Source of the DNA: Nitrospirota bacterium
GTDB lineage: Bacteria; Nitrospirota; UBA9217
Assembly: GCA_963796285.1 (NCBI GenBank)
Contig: CAWCKW010000013.1
Span: forward strand, 192,001 to 256,000
DNA: 64,000 nt
Direction of reading: 5' to 3'
The notes under the pieces are model-generated. The model was given only the letters and a program-made list of their open reading frames with translations. It was not told where the DNA came from and searched no databases. Shown here piece after piece: positions 53,761 through 63,056 of the stretch; position 1 is the stretch's first letter; each line of letters starts with the position of its first letter. A program made the translations under genes and the position numbers.

Positions 53761-54496
53761 GGCTCTCTCTCCTCAGCCGCTGTTCCGGCCGTTCCCCCGT
53801 CCGGCTTCAACAGGGGAGGGGATACCGGGCGCTGAAGGTGGCTGCCGTCGTCAATAACCTTACCACCCTCCATGATGATGATCCTGCGCTGCATCTTCCG
53901 CACCGTTTCCCAGTCGTGGGTGGCCACCAGCACGGTTGTGCCCTTCATGTTGATTTCCCTGAACAGACGGAACACCTCCTGGGCACTCTGGGGGTCCAGG
54001 TTGCCCGTGGGCTCGTCGGCAAGCAGCACCTGAGGTTCGTTCACGAGCGCGCGGGCCACGGCGACCTTCTGCTGCTCTCCACCGGAGAGTTTTGGCGGCG
54101 TCAAGTGGCTCTTCTTTTCCATCCCGACCTTCTTGAGCACCTGGTACACACGCCGCTCGATCTCGCCGAAGTCGTGCCCACCACTTTGAGCGCGAGTGCG
54201 ATATTTTCAAATATAGTCTTGTGGGAGAGGAGTTTGTAGTCCTGGAACACGAAACCAATATTACGCCTGAGGTAGGGAATGGTCGAGGATTTCAAACGGG
54301 AAGTGTTCATACCCTGCATGACGATCCGCCCCTCGTCCGCTTGTTCGGCGCAGAAGAGGATCTTGAGCAGGGTGGACTTGCCGGCACCGCTCGGGCCGGT
54401 GACGAAAGCAAACTCGCCTTTGTCCACGGTGAAGCTCACGTCGCGCAAGGCGGGAATACCTTCATAATATTTTGTCACCTGATAAAGCTGGATCAT
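53757..54496 (-). CDS. ftsE: Cell division ATP-binding protein FtsE (apparent frameshift at ~54165)
   Basis: GPSGAGKST, IPYLRRNIG.VFQD, LSGGEQQ, LADEPTGNLD, ATHD. Confidence 0.93.
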
Positions 54497-54506
54497 GCAT
54501 TAGTTC

Positions 54507-54612
54507 TCAAATTATAAGCTCCAAATCCCAAATAAACTTCCCCATCGCACTGTCCGGAATTCAAAACAGTTTTAGCGCTTTACATTTGGAATTTTGATAG
54601 TATCTGTAAGTT
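54507..54612. repeat. Inverted heptamer-repeat insert between transketolase C subunit and ftsE
   Basis: AAATTAT AAGCTCC AAATCCC AAATAAA, centre AAAACAGTTTT, right arm TTTGGAATTTTG. Confidence 0.55.
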
Positions 54613-54646
54613 GCTCTTTATTTTTCTGCAGCTTCCCGCTCGTTCG

Positions 54647-55588
54647 TCAATGTTGTTTTTTCTTAATAGCTTCCTTGACCGCGGAAACGATGTCGCCCGC
54701 CGACATGCCGTATTGCTTCAGAAGCCCTTCCTGATCACCGGAAGTACCGAAGGTATCCCTGACACCGATGCGCACCATCGGGACCGGTGCGGATTCGCAA
54801 AGCACCTCGGCCACGGCGCCGCCCAGACCGCCGATGATCGAGTGCTCCTCGGCGGTCACGATCGCACCGCTGTACTTCGCTGCCGCGATTATGGCGTCAA
54901 TATCGATCGGCTTGATCGTGGACATGTTGATCACACCCGCGTCGATCCCTTCTGCCTTCAGCAGGTCGCGCGCCTTGATCGACTCGGCAACCATGATGCC
55001 CGTGGCGATGATGGCCGCGTCCTTGCCCTGGTTGAAGACGTGGGCCTTGCCGATCTTGAACGTATACCCCTCCCCAAAGAGCGTGGGCACCTTGTTCCTC
55101 CCCACACGAACATAGCAGGGGCCTTGGTATTCGGCCACGGCCTCGATGGCCTGCGTTGTCTCGGGCCCGTCAGCAGGGACGATCACGGTCATGTGCGGGA
55201 GCACGCGCATCACGGCAATGTCCTCGACGGACTGGTGCGAGCCGCCGTCCTCACCCACGGTAATGCCGGCGTGACTCGCCACAATCTTCACATTCATGTT
55301 CGGATAGCAGATGGACTGCCGCACCTGCTCCCAGGCCCTGCCCGTTGCGAACACCGCAAAGGTGCTCGCGAACGGCAGCTTGCCGGCTATGGCGAATCCG
55401 GCCGCCGTGCCCATCATGTCCTGCTCGGCAATCCCGATATTGAAGAACCGTTCCGGGAACACCTTGGCAAATTTCGAGGTCTTCGTCGAACCCGACAGGT
55501 CCGCGTCCAGCACCACTACATCATCCCTCTTTTTTCCGAGGGCCACCAGCGCGTCCCCGTATGCATCTCTCGTCGCTATCTTCGTCAC
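54647..55588 (-). CDS. Transketolase, C-terminal (pyrimidine-binding) subunit
   Basis: ATRDAYG, LDADLSGST, GIAEQ, GEDGGSHQ, TAEEH. Confidence 0.94.
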   Translation of the reverse strand: MTKIATRDAYGDALVALGKKRDDVVVLDADLSGSTKTSKFAKVFPERFFNIGIAEQDMMGTAAGFAIAGKLPFASTFAVFATGRAWEQVRQSICYPNMNVKIVASHAGITVGEDGGSHQSVEDIAVMRVLPHMTVIVPADGPETTQAIEAVAEYQGPCYVRVGRNKVPTLFGEGYTFKIGKAHVFNQGKDAAIIATGIMVAESIKARDLLKAEGIDAGVINMSTIKPIDIDAIIAAAKYSGAIVTAEEHSIIGGLGGAVAEVLCESAPVPMVRIGVRDTFGTSGDQEGLLKQYGMSAGDIVSAVKEAIKKKQH

Positions 55589-55604
55589 GTTACCCCCTAT
55601 AGCT

Positions 55605-55697
55605 TATTGCGGATTTCAGATTGCCCCGGCTCTTGCGAAAACGCCGGGACACGCGGAATGCGGATTTAACAGCCCTCCAATCCGAAATCCGCAATTT
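55605..55697. repeat. Inverted heptamer-repeat hairpin with a nested GC-rich stem-loop
   Basis: ATTGCGG ATTTCAG ATTG [CCCGGC...GCCGGG] ..AATGCGG ATTT versus CAATCCG AAATCCG CAAT. Confidence 0.65.
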
Positions 55698-56540
55698 TTA
55701 TTTACACACCGTTTCTTCCGACAACTCTTTCAACGCGATCTCGAGTTCGTCCTTCGATGGCGTGGCGCCATGGAACTCCACCTTGCCTTCGAACTGCTTC
55801 GAGCCCTTGCCCTTGACCGTCCGGCAAACAATCACAGTCGGCTTTCCCTTGATTGTTTCAGCCTTGTCGAGCGCAGACGTGATGGCACCCAAATTGTGAC
55901 CGTCGATATCAAGTACTTCCCAGCCAAAGGCACGCCATTTGTCCGTGATCGGCTCTACACCCATCACCTTGGCAACCGGCCCGTCGATCTGGAGCCCGTT
56001 ATTGTCCACGAGCGCGCACAGATTGTCGAGCTTGTAGTGCGCCGCGGTCATGGCCGCTTCCCACACCTGGCCCTCCTGCAGTTCGCCGTCGCCGAGCAGT
56101 GCAAACACCCGGTTCGGTGTCTTGTCGAGCTTGTGGGCCAGCGCAATGCCGTTCGCCACGGACAGGCCCTGACCCAGCGAACCCGTCGAGATCTCGACGC
56201 CCGGCACATACTTGCTGTCCGGATGGCCCTGGAGCCGCGAGCCGAGCTTCCGGAGCGTGCAAAGCTCCGCATGCTCGATGAAGCCCGCGTGAGCGAGCAC
56301 CGTGTACAGGAGCGGCGCGGCATGGCCCTTCGAGAGGATGAAATGGTCACGTCCCTTCCAGTCCGGCTTCTTCGCATCGTATTTCATCTTATAGAAGTAA
56401 AGCGCTGTCACGATATCAGCCGCGGACAGGCTGCCGCCAGTGTGGCCCGAGCCGCATTCGGTCAGCATCTTCAATATGTCTATCCGAACTCTTCTGGCCC
56501 TGTCCGTCAATGTCTTCAACTGCTCTATTGATGCCGCCAT
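55698..56540 (-). CDS. Transketolase, N-terminal (TPP-binding) subunit
   Basis: GHTGGSLS, LSKGH, LQGHP, GDGELQEG...N TPP motif. Confidence 0.94.
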   Translation of the reverse strand: MAASIEQLKTLTDRARRVRIDILKMLTECGSGHTGGSLSAADIVTALYFYKMKYDAKKPDWKGRDHFILSKGHAAPLLYTVLAHAGFIEHAELCTLRKLGSRLQGHPDSKYVPGVEISTGSLGQGLSVANGIALAHKLDKTPNRVFALLGDGELQEGQVWEAAMTAAHYKLDNLCALVDNNGLQIDGPVAKVMGVEPITDKWRAFGWEVLDIDGHNLGAITSALDKAETIKGKPTVIVCRTVKGKGSKQFEGKVEFHGATPSKDELEIALKELSEETVCK

Positions 56541-56671
56541 GCACTTGTCCTCCTGAGTGGGTCTGAGTAATGAGCAACCACGAAAGATGTACTGTTCACA
56601 AAGAAAAGCGTCCAGTTGATTTTCATACGGGCCGGTCCCACAGGTAGCTGCGGCGCGAAGGTGTTTCGGAA

Positions 56672-57115
56672 CTAGTTATTTTCCCGGTCTTGCTGTTCCT
56701 GGGCAAGAAAGTCCAGGATGATATCGTCGAGACCTTTGTCTTTCACCGGCTCTATGGACGGAGGCGACGGTGGCGGAGTTGGTTGTTTTTCAGTCCGGGC
56801 CGGTGAGTCCGGCGCAGGCGCGGACCCAGTGGATGACGTGTAGGTGGATTCGTGAGGCGCATCATTCAGGTTCAGCTTGCCCTTCAACAGATCCCGGATC
56901 ATTTGCTTGTGCTGCTCCATCATCAGCTCGCGTACCACTTCCTCAAGGCAGTCCGCCTTGAGGATATCGGCGTAGCTGGTCTTGCGCGAGGCAAGGATAG
57001 CGCCTTGAAGATATAAGAGAGAGGTTATATATGGATTGTTGGTCCCGCCATCCTCGGTCTGGCAATGGTAGATCTTCGCCTGGAATTTGAAATCGGTGTT
57101 GTAGCCCGTAAGCAT
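56672..57115 (-). CDS. Hypothetical protein with Pro-rich linker
   Basis: MLTGYNTD...YHCQTED...LMMEQHKQM globular part, LDDIILDFL C-terminal motif, own promoter. Confidence 0.75.
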   Translation of the reverse strand: MLTGYNTDFKFQAKIYHCQTEDGGTNNPYITSLLYLQGAILASRKTSYADILKADCLEEVVRELMMEQHKQMIRDLLKGKLNLNDAPHESTYTSSTGSAPAPDSPARTEKQPTPPPSPPSIEPVKDKGLDDIILDFLAQEQQDRENN

Positions 57116-57123
57116 AGATGGAT

Positions 57124-57152
57124 ATTATACAAAGCCGGGCAGGAAGTTGCAA
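57124..57152 (-). promoter_or_regulatory. Sigma70 promoter giving a near-leaderless mRNA
   Basis: TTGCAA-N17-TATAAT ending 8 nt before the ATG at 57115. Confidence 0.65.
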
Positions 57153-57162
57153 GCCTTTTTGC

Positions 57163-57191
57163 TTGACAGCAAAAGAAGGTTAGTGTAACTT
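57163..57191 (+). promoter_or_regulatory. tRNA-Leu promoter
   Basis: TTGACA-N17-TAACTT. Confidence 0.65.
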
Positions 57192-57200
57192 TTATCCCGT

Positions 57201-57287
57201 GCCGGCGTGGTGAAACTGGTAGACGCAGAGGACTCAAAATCCTCCGGGGGCAACTCCATGTCGGTTCGACTCCGACCGTCGGCACCA
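57201..57287 (+). tRNA. tRNA-Leu(CAA)
   Basis: GCCGGCG...CT CAA AA, long variable arm, GTTCGAC, CGTCGGC A CCA. Confidence 0.97.
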
Positions 57288-57289
57288 AT

Positions 57290-57318
57290 AAAAAGATCGG
57301 CTTTTGCCGGTCTTTTTT
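57290..57318 (+). terminator. Terminator after tRNA-Leu
   Basis: AAAAGATCGGC / GCCGGTCTTTT plus T-run. Confidence 0.75.
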
Positions 57319-57433
57319 GTTTTCTGTTAGTCGGCATAGAACAAAGGGGCATGGGGGAAGGATTCCCCTTTGCTTCCGGGGAAACTCATGAAGGGGCTGA
57401 CCCCTTCGTGAAGCGAAGCGCATGAGATTTTGT

Positions 57434-57444
57434 CGCCGGCACCA
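57434..57444 (+). repeat. Displaced copy of the tRNA-Leu 3' end (att-like)
   Basis: CGCCGGCACCA versus tRNA CGTCGGCACCA (10/11). Confidence 0.55.
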
Positions 57445-58341
57445 TGTTTTTTCTCCACATTTCGACAGTCCTCCCCCTGTAACTTTTTTCTTCAAACTCG
57501 ACAATGTGCCTATTATTGTGTCTATGAGTCCGGATAAGTATTTCCTGCGCATCTTGAGTGTGGGGGACGATCGTCTCTCTCAGGCGTTCCGTAAATCTGC
57601 TGCATTGACGATATGTTATAAACGGTCAGATATCGAGCGCATTTTGAAGCTGAAATTTTTCTAGTCACAATCTCAGAAACGCCGGGCTGTAACCATTTTT
57701 TCCCTCCATGCAATAAGTTTTTTGCGCGTCATATTTTCTATAAAGTTTATATGTTATAATTGTTGAAAAGTCAGTTGAAATCTACTTATCTCGATCAAGG
57801 CGTCAAGATCAATGATGTCGAAGGAGCATCCGGCGATTATCCTGCAGACAAGGTTTTTCGTTTATAGTACCAGAGTTGCCCCGGTTTTCTTGGACACTCC
57901 TTTATAATGGAAAGGCGCTTGGTACAATTTTGACAATTTTACATTCTTCGAATGAAAATCCTATGTTTCGCATATTTCCATATATCTAATTGATTAGAAA
58001 TAACTTTTATTTTTTAGGGCTTGTCAGAAAATTTTACACCTCCAATTAATTATAATCAAGCATTTGAAATTAAACGGTTCCAATTTCTAGCACTTTAATT
58101 GCACGAATATAGTATATGAGCTTACCTTTTATATCAATTTTATCCATAAAAACATTCTAGATAAGAGATAAGCACTTCAGTCTGTATGAAACTAACTAGT
58201 CTTGTTAAAGCCGGGAAGAGAGTGATCCCGCTTGCACTTTAATTAGCATGTGCAAAGGGGGGCAAATGTAAGCGCTGAAGCAATATATTAATAAATTTCG
58301 CCCCATTGTATTGCTCAGTATCGCAAGAAAGGAGTCTAGAC

Positions 58342-58758
58342 ATGGTAAAATTAAATCCGTATTTAATAGTAATCATGATCGTACTCCTCATTATGTTCGG
58401 AGCCCATATGGTGCACAGCCGGGTGGTTGATGGCTTGGAACACGAAAAGATGCACGCTGTGCGAACAATTGATAAGGAAATCCAAAAGCTGAAAATTCTC
58501 AAAGCCATCATTGCTTGCGAGTCAAGCAACCGCCACGTAATCGGGACGTTATCTGAGGTAGGCGTAGACATCGGAAAATGTCAGATCAACACATACTGGC
58601 ATGAAGCAAAGGCAGAGTCCATGGGATTGAACCTCTTCGACCCTGATGACAACATGGAATATTGCCTGTACCTTTTTAAGTCCGAAGGAGTTAAGCCGTG
58701 GAGGAGCTCTCAAGTCTGCTGGCAACAGGCGCTTGCGAAGGAAGATATATATTTTTGA
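58342..58758 (+). CDS. Secreted or anchored lysozyme-like / lytic transglycosylase-fold protein
   Basis: N-terminal hydrophobic helix; IIACES (catalytic Glu), DIGKCQIN, FDPDDN, GVKPW..S..CW; SD AAGGAG. Confidence 0.78.
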   Translation: MVKLNPYLIVIMIVLLIMFGAHMVHSRVVDGLEHEKMHAVRTIDKEIQKLKILKAIIACESSNRHVIGTLSEVGVDIGKCQINTYWHEAKAESMGLNLFDPDDNMEYCLYLFKSEGVKPWRSSQVCWQQALAKEDIYF

Positions 58759-58986
58759 CTGGTTCAAGAGAAACTGTACCTTAATAATTACATCTGGAAT
58801 GGCATTGGAACTGTTTCCTGTTACGGATGGAAAGTTCGCGACTGACCATTCTTGGCCGATCAGAGTGACAAATTCTATTTCTTGTCGTATTTTTTCCCAT
58901 TAACAGAGACAATAATCTCTCAACGCCTGATCCCCGAGCGTTCTGCAAGTAAATCCTTCAGTAGAGATCCCACAATTCAGAAGACG

Positions 58987-59195
58987 TTAATGAGAGCGGT
59001 TTATGATCGCGTCGATCTGCTGCGATATGCCGTTCCGGAGCTGCGGCTCGGTCCAGAAGTTGTTCCCGATCTTCAGCACCTCGTCGTCGGTCCCCACGGC
59101 CTTGCCTGACAGCCTTCGGGCTTGTGCCCGTAGCTCCCCAGGATGATAACGCTGACAAGACCCACCCTGCCGCTTGCTGGATATGACGTATTCAT
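58987..59195 (-). pseudogene. Probable gene remnant of unknown family
   Basis: GC3-rich codons VSVIILGSYGHKPEG / GKAVGTDDEVLKIGNNFWTEPQLRNGISQQIDAIINRSH over two frames amid AT-richer DNA. Confidence 0.35.
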
Positions 59196-59240
59196 AAAAA
59201 ACGAACAGGACACACCTTAAATGTCAGGATAAAACTGTCC

Positions 59241-59270
59241 TTGACTTTGTGTCTACTATATTTGTATACT
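59241..59270 (+). promoter_or_regulatory. Sigma70 promoter for the tandem PilZ gene
   Basis: TTGACT-N18-TATACT. Confidence 0.55.
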
Positions 59271-59468
59271 TTACGAAAATCAAAGGGCCTCCGATGTCCC
59301 GCTGATGCGAACAGCGGCAATTTGTTACTGGTGTGCGCATAGATCCGGCCTTCTGAAGAACTGGAAATTATCCGTGGGAATAATTATGCACTAGGTTTTC
59401 CTTTGGATGTACTTTTCTCGATTGTATCCAACGATTGAGTGCTATGAAATTGGAGTGACTATACGATC

Positions 59469-60176
59469 ATGCAGGATAAAAGGCGGTATAAGAGATTCCG
59501 TGTGGATTTAGTAGAAATAAACGGCCAGATGAGCTTGGCCGACAAAGTACAAATCCTTGACATCAGTCTCGGCGGAGTTTCATTGAAGGCTGACCGGAGA
59601 CTGAATATCGGCAAAGAATATTTGATCAAGCTTCAGGAAAAAGGGAAAAACCTTCAAGTGAAGGGCACCGTTGTTCGCTCCGAACTGAGCGGCATTGAAC
59701 AGAAAGCCGACGGGCAAGGCGTCTCAATATTTACGGTAGGCATGATGTTTAAAGAAGGCTTTGCTGACAAGTTAGCCGATTTTCTTAAGCCTATTGAGCA
59801 AACGACAAAAAAAGAAGCAGCGCCGTCTGTTGCTGATCGGAGGCTCAATGTCAGGTTTAATATCACGACCCCCCAGGAGAAGATATTGAGTTATCCTTTA
59901 CAGTTTAAGGTGAAATCAATCAGCTTGGGCGGCATGCTTATCCAAACCGAGCAGGCCGTGGAAATAAATAGTAAGATCCCCATGGAATTGTCACTGAAAG
60001 CTGACACCGCAGTTAAGTTTATCGGACGAGTTGCCTCATGCGCCACGACGGAATATACGGGTCAAGCTTACTATGACATAGGGGTAGAGTTCACCGATCT
60101 GGCGGATAAGGATACGAAGTTTCTCAAGACCTTCATAGACTATTTGGCGGGAATTGAAGCGAAAGACAAAGGATAA
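59469..60176 (+). CDS. Tandem PilZ domain protein
   Basis: RRYKR + DISLGG and RRLNVR + SISLGG; both domains end in GxxF. Confidence 0.9.
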   Translation: MQDKRRYKRFRVDLVEINGQMSLADKVQILDISLGGVSLKADRRLNIGKEYLIKLQEKGKNLQVKGTVVRSELSGIEQKADGQGVSIFTVGMMFKEGFADKLADFLKPIEQTTKKEAAPSVADRRLNVRFNITTPQEKILSYPLQFKVKSISLGGMLIQTEQAVEINSKIPMELSLKADTAVKFIGRVASCATTEYTGQAYYDIGVEFTDLADKDTKFLKTFIDYLAGIEAKDKG

Positions 60177-60401
60177 AAAGCAAGCGAGACCATTGTTGTA
60201 ACGCTGTCATTGACTGCCCGCTGTTTACTGCATTCCCACTGCCCTGATCTCCATGCCCGTTCGGCCCGTAACTCTCTGCTCGAAAAATAAGCTCCATTGC
60301 TTCCGCACCCTGTTCCACCTTCATCTTGCGATAAATGACAGGACAAAATAAAAAGGGCCTGGTTTTCCAGACCCTTTGACCTGATACGCTTAATAAAAAC
60401 A

Positions 60402-60581
60402 CTATTCAATATTGAACATTGCCACTTCCTTGAGCCCTGGCGTATACTGCCCTACTGGCACCAATTTCTTGTTGTCCTTGATGCAGCTGATGACCGTGTT
60501 CCAGAGTTTGGCGAGGTCTTCTTTTTCCTTGCCGGTTTCCGGCGTCATCTTGAGAAGTGTTCCTTCGATATCGATCTTCAC
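60402..60581 (-). CDS. Small hypothetical protein (59 aa)
   Basis: GTG start after GGAGGA; VKIDIEGTLLKMTPE...LWNTVISCIKDNKKLVPVGQYTPG...FNIE; terminator-like hairpin 60351-60378. Confidence 0.7.
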   Translation of the reverse strand: MKIDIEGTLLKMTPETGKEKEDLAKLWNTVISCIKDNKKLVPVGQYTPGLKEVAMFNIE

Positions 60582-60806
60582 TCGTTCCTCCTGAATAATA
60601 TATTGTTCAACCTTAAATGATGTTCCCTGCTGGCTGCCTGTTAGTATGTAGAAGATTCGTGGATTGGTCAAGTCATTTTTTTATCATCCCGGGGAGACCT
60701 GGTATCAACAGCTATACTGCCATCCACCACAGTGTACGGTGTGAGCAACGCCCCGCCGCGACGAAATGATTGCTGCGATGCTTTAGTCCGGACAAGGTAT
60801 CGATGA

Positions 60807-61343
60807 TTACCGATATTCCAGCTCTGCTCTGAAGAACGCATAGGCCTCATTATCAAAAATACAGAACTCGACGAGTTCAAGCGGACCGGCTGGATTGCCT
60901 TGCAGGAACGCGGCAGTCTCGGCCACCAGGATCTTCGCGCACCGGTCCTTGGGAAAACCGAAGATACCGGCGCTGATCGCAGGGACAGAGATGCTCCTGA
61001 GCCCTTGCTCCACGGCAAGGGCAAGCACGCTGTTGATCGCCCTCTTCAGCTTATCGTCCTCGTTGCCCTCTCCCATCCTCGGCCCAACCGCGTGAATGAC
61101 GTAACGCGCTTTCAATTTTCCAGCCGTTGTGATCGCGGCACCGCCGACCGGCACATAGCCGATCTTGTCGCTCTCGTCCTGAATGACCTTTCCGCCTTTT
61201 CTCACAATTGCCCCCGCAACCCCGCCGCCGTGCTGCAGATGGCTGTTTGCCGCGTTCACGATCGCGTCAACGTCGCGCTCGGTGAGGTCTGCAGACACAA
61301 GCCGGATGGTCGTCTTGTTGATCTTTTTTTCGATCGGATCCAT
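60807..61343 (-). CDS. Macro domain protein (ADP-ribose binding / hydrolase)
   Basis: DAIVNAAN..L.HGGGVAGAI, VIHAVGP, PAISAGIFGFP. Confidence 0.94.
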   Translation of the reverse strand: MDPIEKKINKTTIRLVSADLTERDVDAIVNAANSHLQHGGGVAGAIVRKGGKVIQDESDKIGYVPVGGAAITTAGKLKARYVIHAVGPRMGEGNEDDKLKRAINSVLALAVEQGLRSISVPAISAGIFGFPKDRCAKILVAETAAFLQGNPAGPLELVEFCIFDNEAYAFFRAELEYR

Positions 61344-61537
61344 GAAGCACCTCCTAACCTGGGCAAACCGGAACCAAAAGGCATGTCAGAGCGTGCAGGG
61401 GACGCACAGTTAGATGAAAAATCTGACAACGTATATTTTTTTCTCTTCGGTCTCTATGCATCGGTGAGACATTTTCTTGCCATTTTGAGAAGAATTTTAT
61501 TCTTAACAAACTACAACACGCCGATACTGAATTATTA

Positions 61538-62806
61538 TCACCACGAAGGCCTCGAAGAAAATTTTTCCCTCTCCCTTCCTTCGAATATCCTCACCTTCCC
61601 GAACTCGCCATCATACCCCGGCGCGATTTGGATGTTCCCTGCTCTCATGCGCGAGACGGCCTCGCGGATGAGCGCTGTGCCGGCGCGCTCAATATCGTCG
61701 AGCGGTACATCCAGCAGTATCTTGAACTCGTTGCCGAGCCGTTCGAGCATGGGCAAATACAGGGCGTTCACCTTTTTCGTGTTCACCCCGCATTCCAAAC
61801 CCTCGGCAATGATCTCAGGCAAGGGGATGATGGAGGCATAGGAGGGCGCGCCCGCAAGCCTGAAGCCTTCTTCCCGGTCAGCAAGCTTCTCGACCCGGTG
61901 CATTACTCCCACGGTCACCTTCCTTCCGCATACCGGGCAGAGGTAATTATGGCATATCGTCTCTTTCGGCGTCAGGCTCACGCCGCAGTCCCGGTGGCCG
62001 TCGTAATGATATTTCCCCTGCTCGGGAAAGAACTCGATGGTCCCGAGAAAACCTTTTCGCGTCTTGATGGCCTGCATGATTGCAGCATAGGTGATGTTCG
62101 TGTCGAGGATATTCGCCTCGCGCCCGATCTTTGACGCAGAGTGGGCGTCGGAGTTCGAGACGAGCGTGATCGCATCAAGGGCCGAAAGCCGCCAATTCAT
62201 GAGCGGGTCTGAGGACAGCCCGGTCTCGATGGCATGGATATGGGGTGTCAGCTCTTCGTAACATTCCTGAAGTGAATCGAATCCCGAAGCCGCGCCGAGG
62301 ACGGAGAAGTGCGGCGTCCAGGCGTGGGCAGGGATAAGCATGGCATCGGGTGAAACGTCGAGGGTGATCTGAAGCAGCTTCTTCGCATCGAGCCCCAGGA
62401 TCGGCCTGCCGTCGGAATTGAGGTTGCCGATCCTGGACAGGACTAGGTTCAAGCGCTCAGCCCTCGCGATGTCCGGCGCGAGGATAATGGAATGTACCTT
62501 TCGCGTCTTGCCGTTCTTGCTGTAGATGCTGCTGACCTCGGCCGACAAGATGAACGAAACCTCCGACTGGCAGGATTCGGGAACGTCGTCAGTCCAATAC
62601 TTTTTCTTGAGTGCGAACAACCCGTTGCCGAGAGGGTCAAGCTTCTCCTTCAGTTCTTTGATCCACTGCGGATGGGTGAAATCCCCGGTGCCTATGACGG
62701 TGATGCCCTTGAGCTGCGCCCATTTCCAGATACCCTCCGGGCACATGTCCGGGCTCGTGGCGCGTGAATAGTGGGAATGGACGTGAAGGTCGGCAACAAA
62801 TCGCAT
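61538..62806 (-). CDS. Endonuclease Q family protein (PHP plus Zn-binding domain)
   Basis: ADLHVHSHYSRAT, GTGDFTHP, PAHAWTP, SNSDAHS, GKYHYDGHRDC...CPVCG, PGYDGEFG; start MRFVAD at 62806. Confidence 0.9.
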   Translation of the reverse strand: MRFVADLHVHSHYSRATSPDMCPEGIWKWAQLKGITVIGTGDFTHPQWIKELKEKLDPLGNGLFALKKKYWTDDVPESCQSEVSFILSAEVSSIYSKNGKTRKVHSIILAPDIARAERLNLVLSRIGNLNSDGRPILGLDAKKLLQITLDVSPDAMLIPAHAWTPHFSVLGAASGFDSLQECYEELTPHIHAIETGLSSDPLMNWRLSALDAITLVSNSDAHSASKIGREANILDTNITYAAIMQAIKTRKGFLGTIEFFPEQGKYHYDGHRDCGVSLTPKETICHNYLCPVCGRKVTVGVMHRVEKLADREEGFRLAGAPSYASIIPLPEIIAEGLECGVNTKKVNALYLPMLERLGNEFKILLDVPLDDIERAGTALIREAVSRMRAGNIQIAPGYDGEFGKVRIFEGREREKFSSRPSW

Positions 62807-63056
62807 GGCGGGATTATAACATGAAACTGTTTTTTTGCCACGGATTTGCACGGAAACGCGCGAACGAGGTCGGTTGGTAGTTTCTTGTCCCTCAGTTTAT
62901 CCATGAAAGACCTCCCTCGTACGGATTTGGAACGCATCACTATCGCCTAGTTCACGGGTCACATCCAACTTACCATGACGCTTGACTTGGCCTCCTTATT
63001 CCGATAAGGTTTGGCGATATATCTTAATAATTGGTTACTATTACAGGGAGCAAATC

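Noticed and set aside
57524-57664. 46-aa ORF MSPDKYFLRIL...
   Set aside because: No SD, weak promoter, no recognisable motif; cannot be supported
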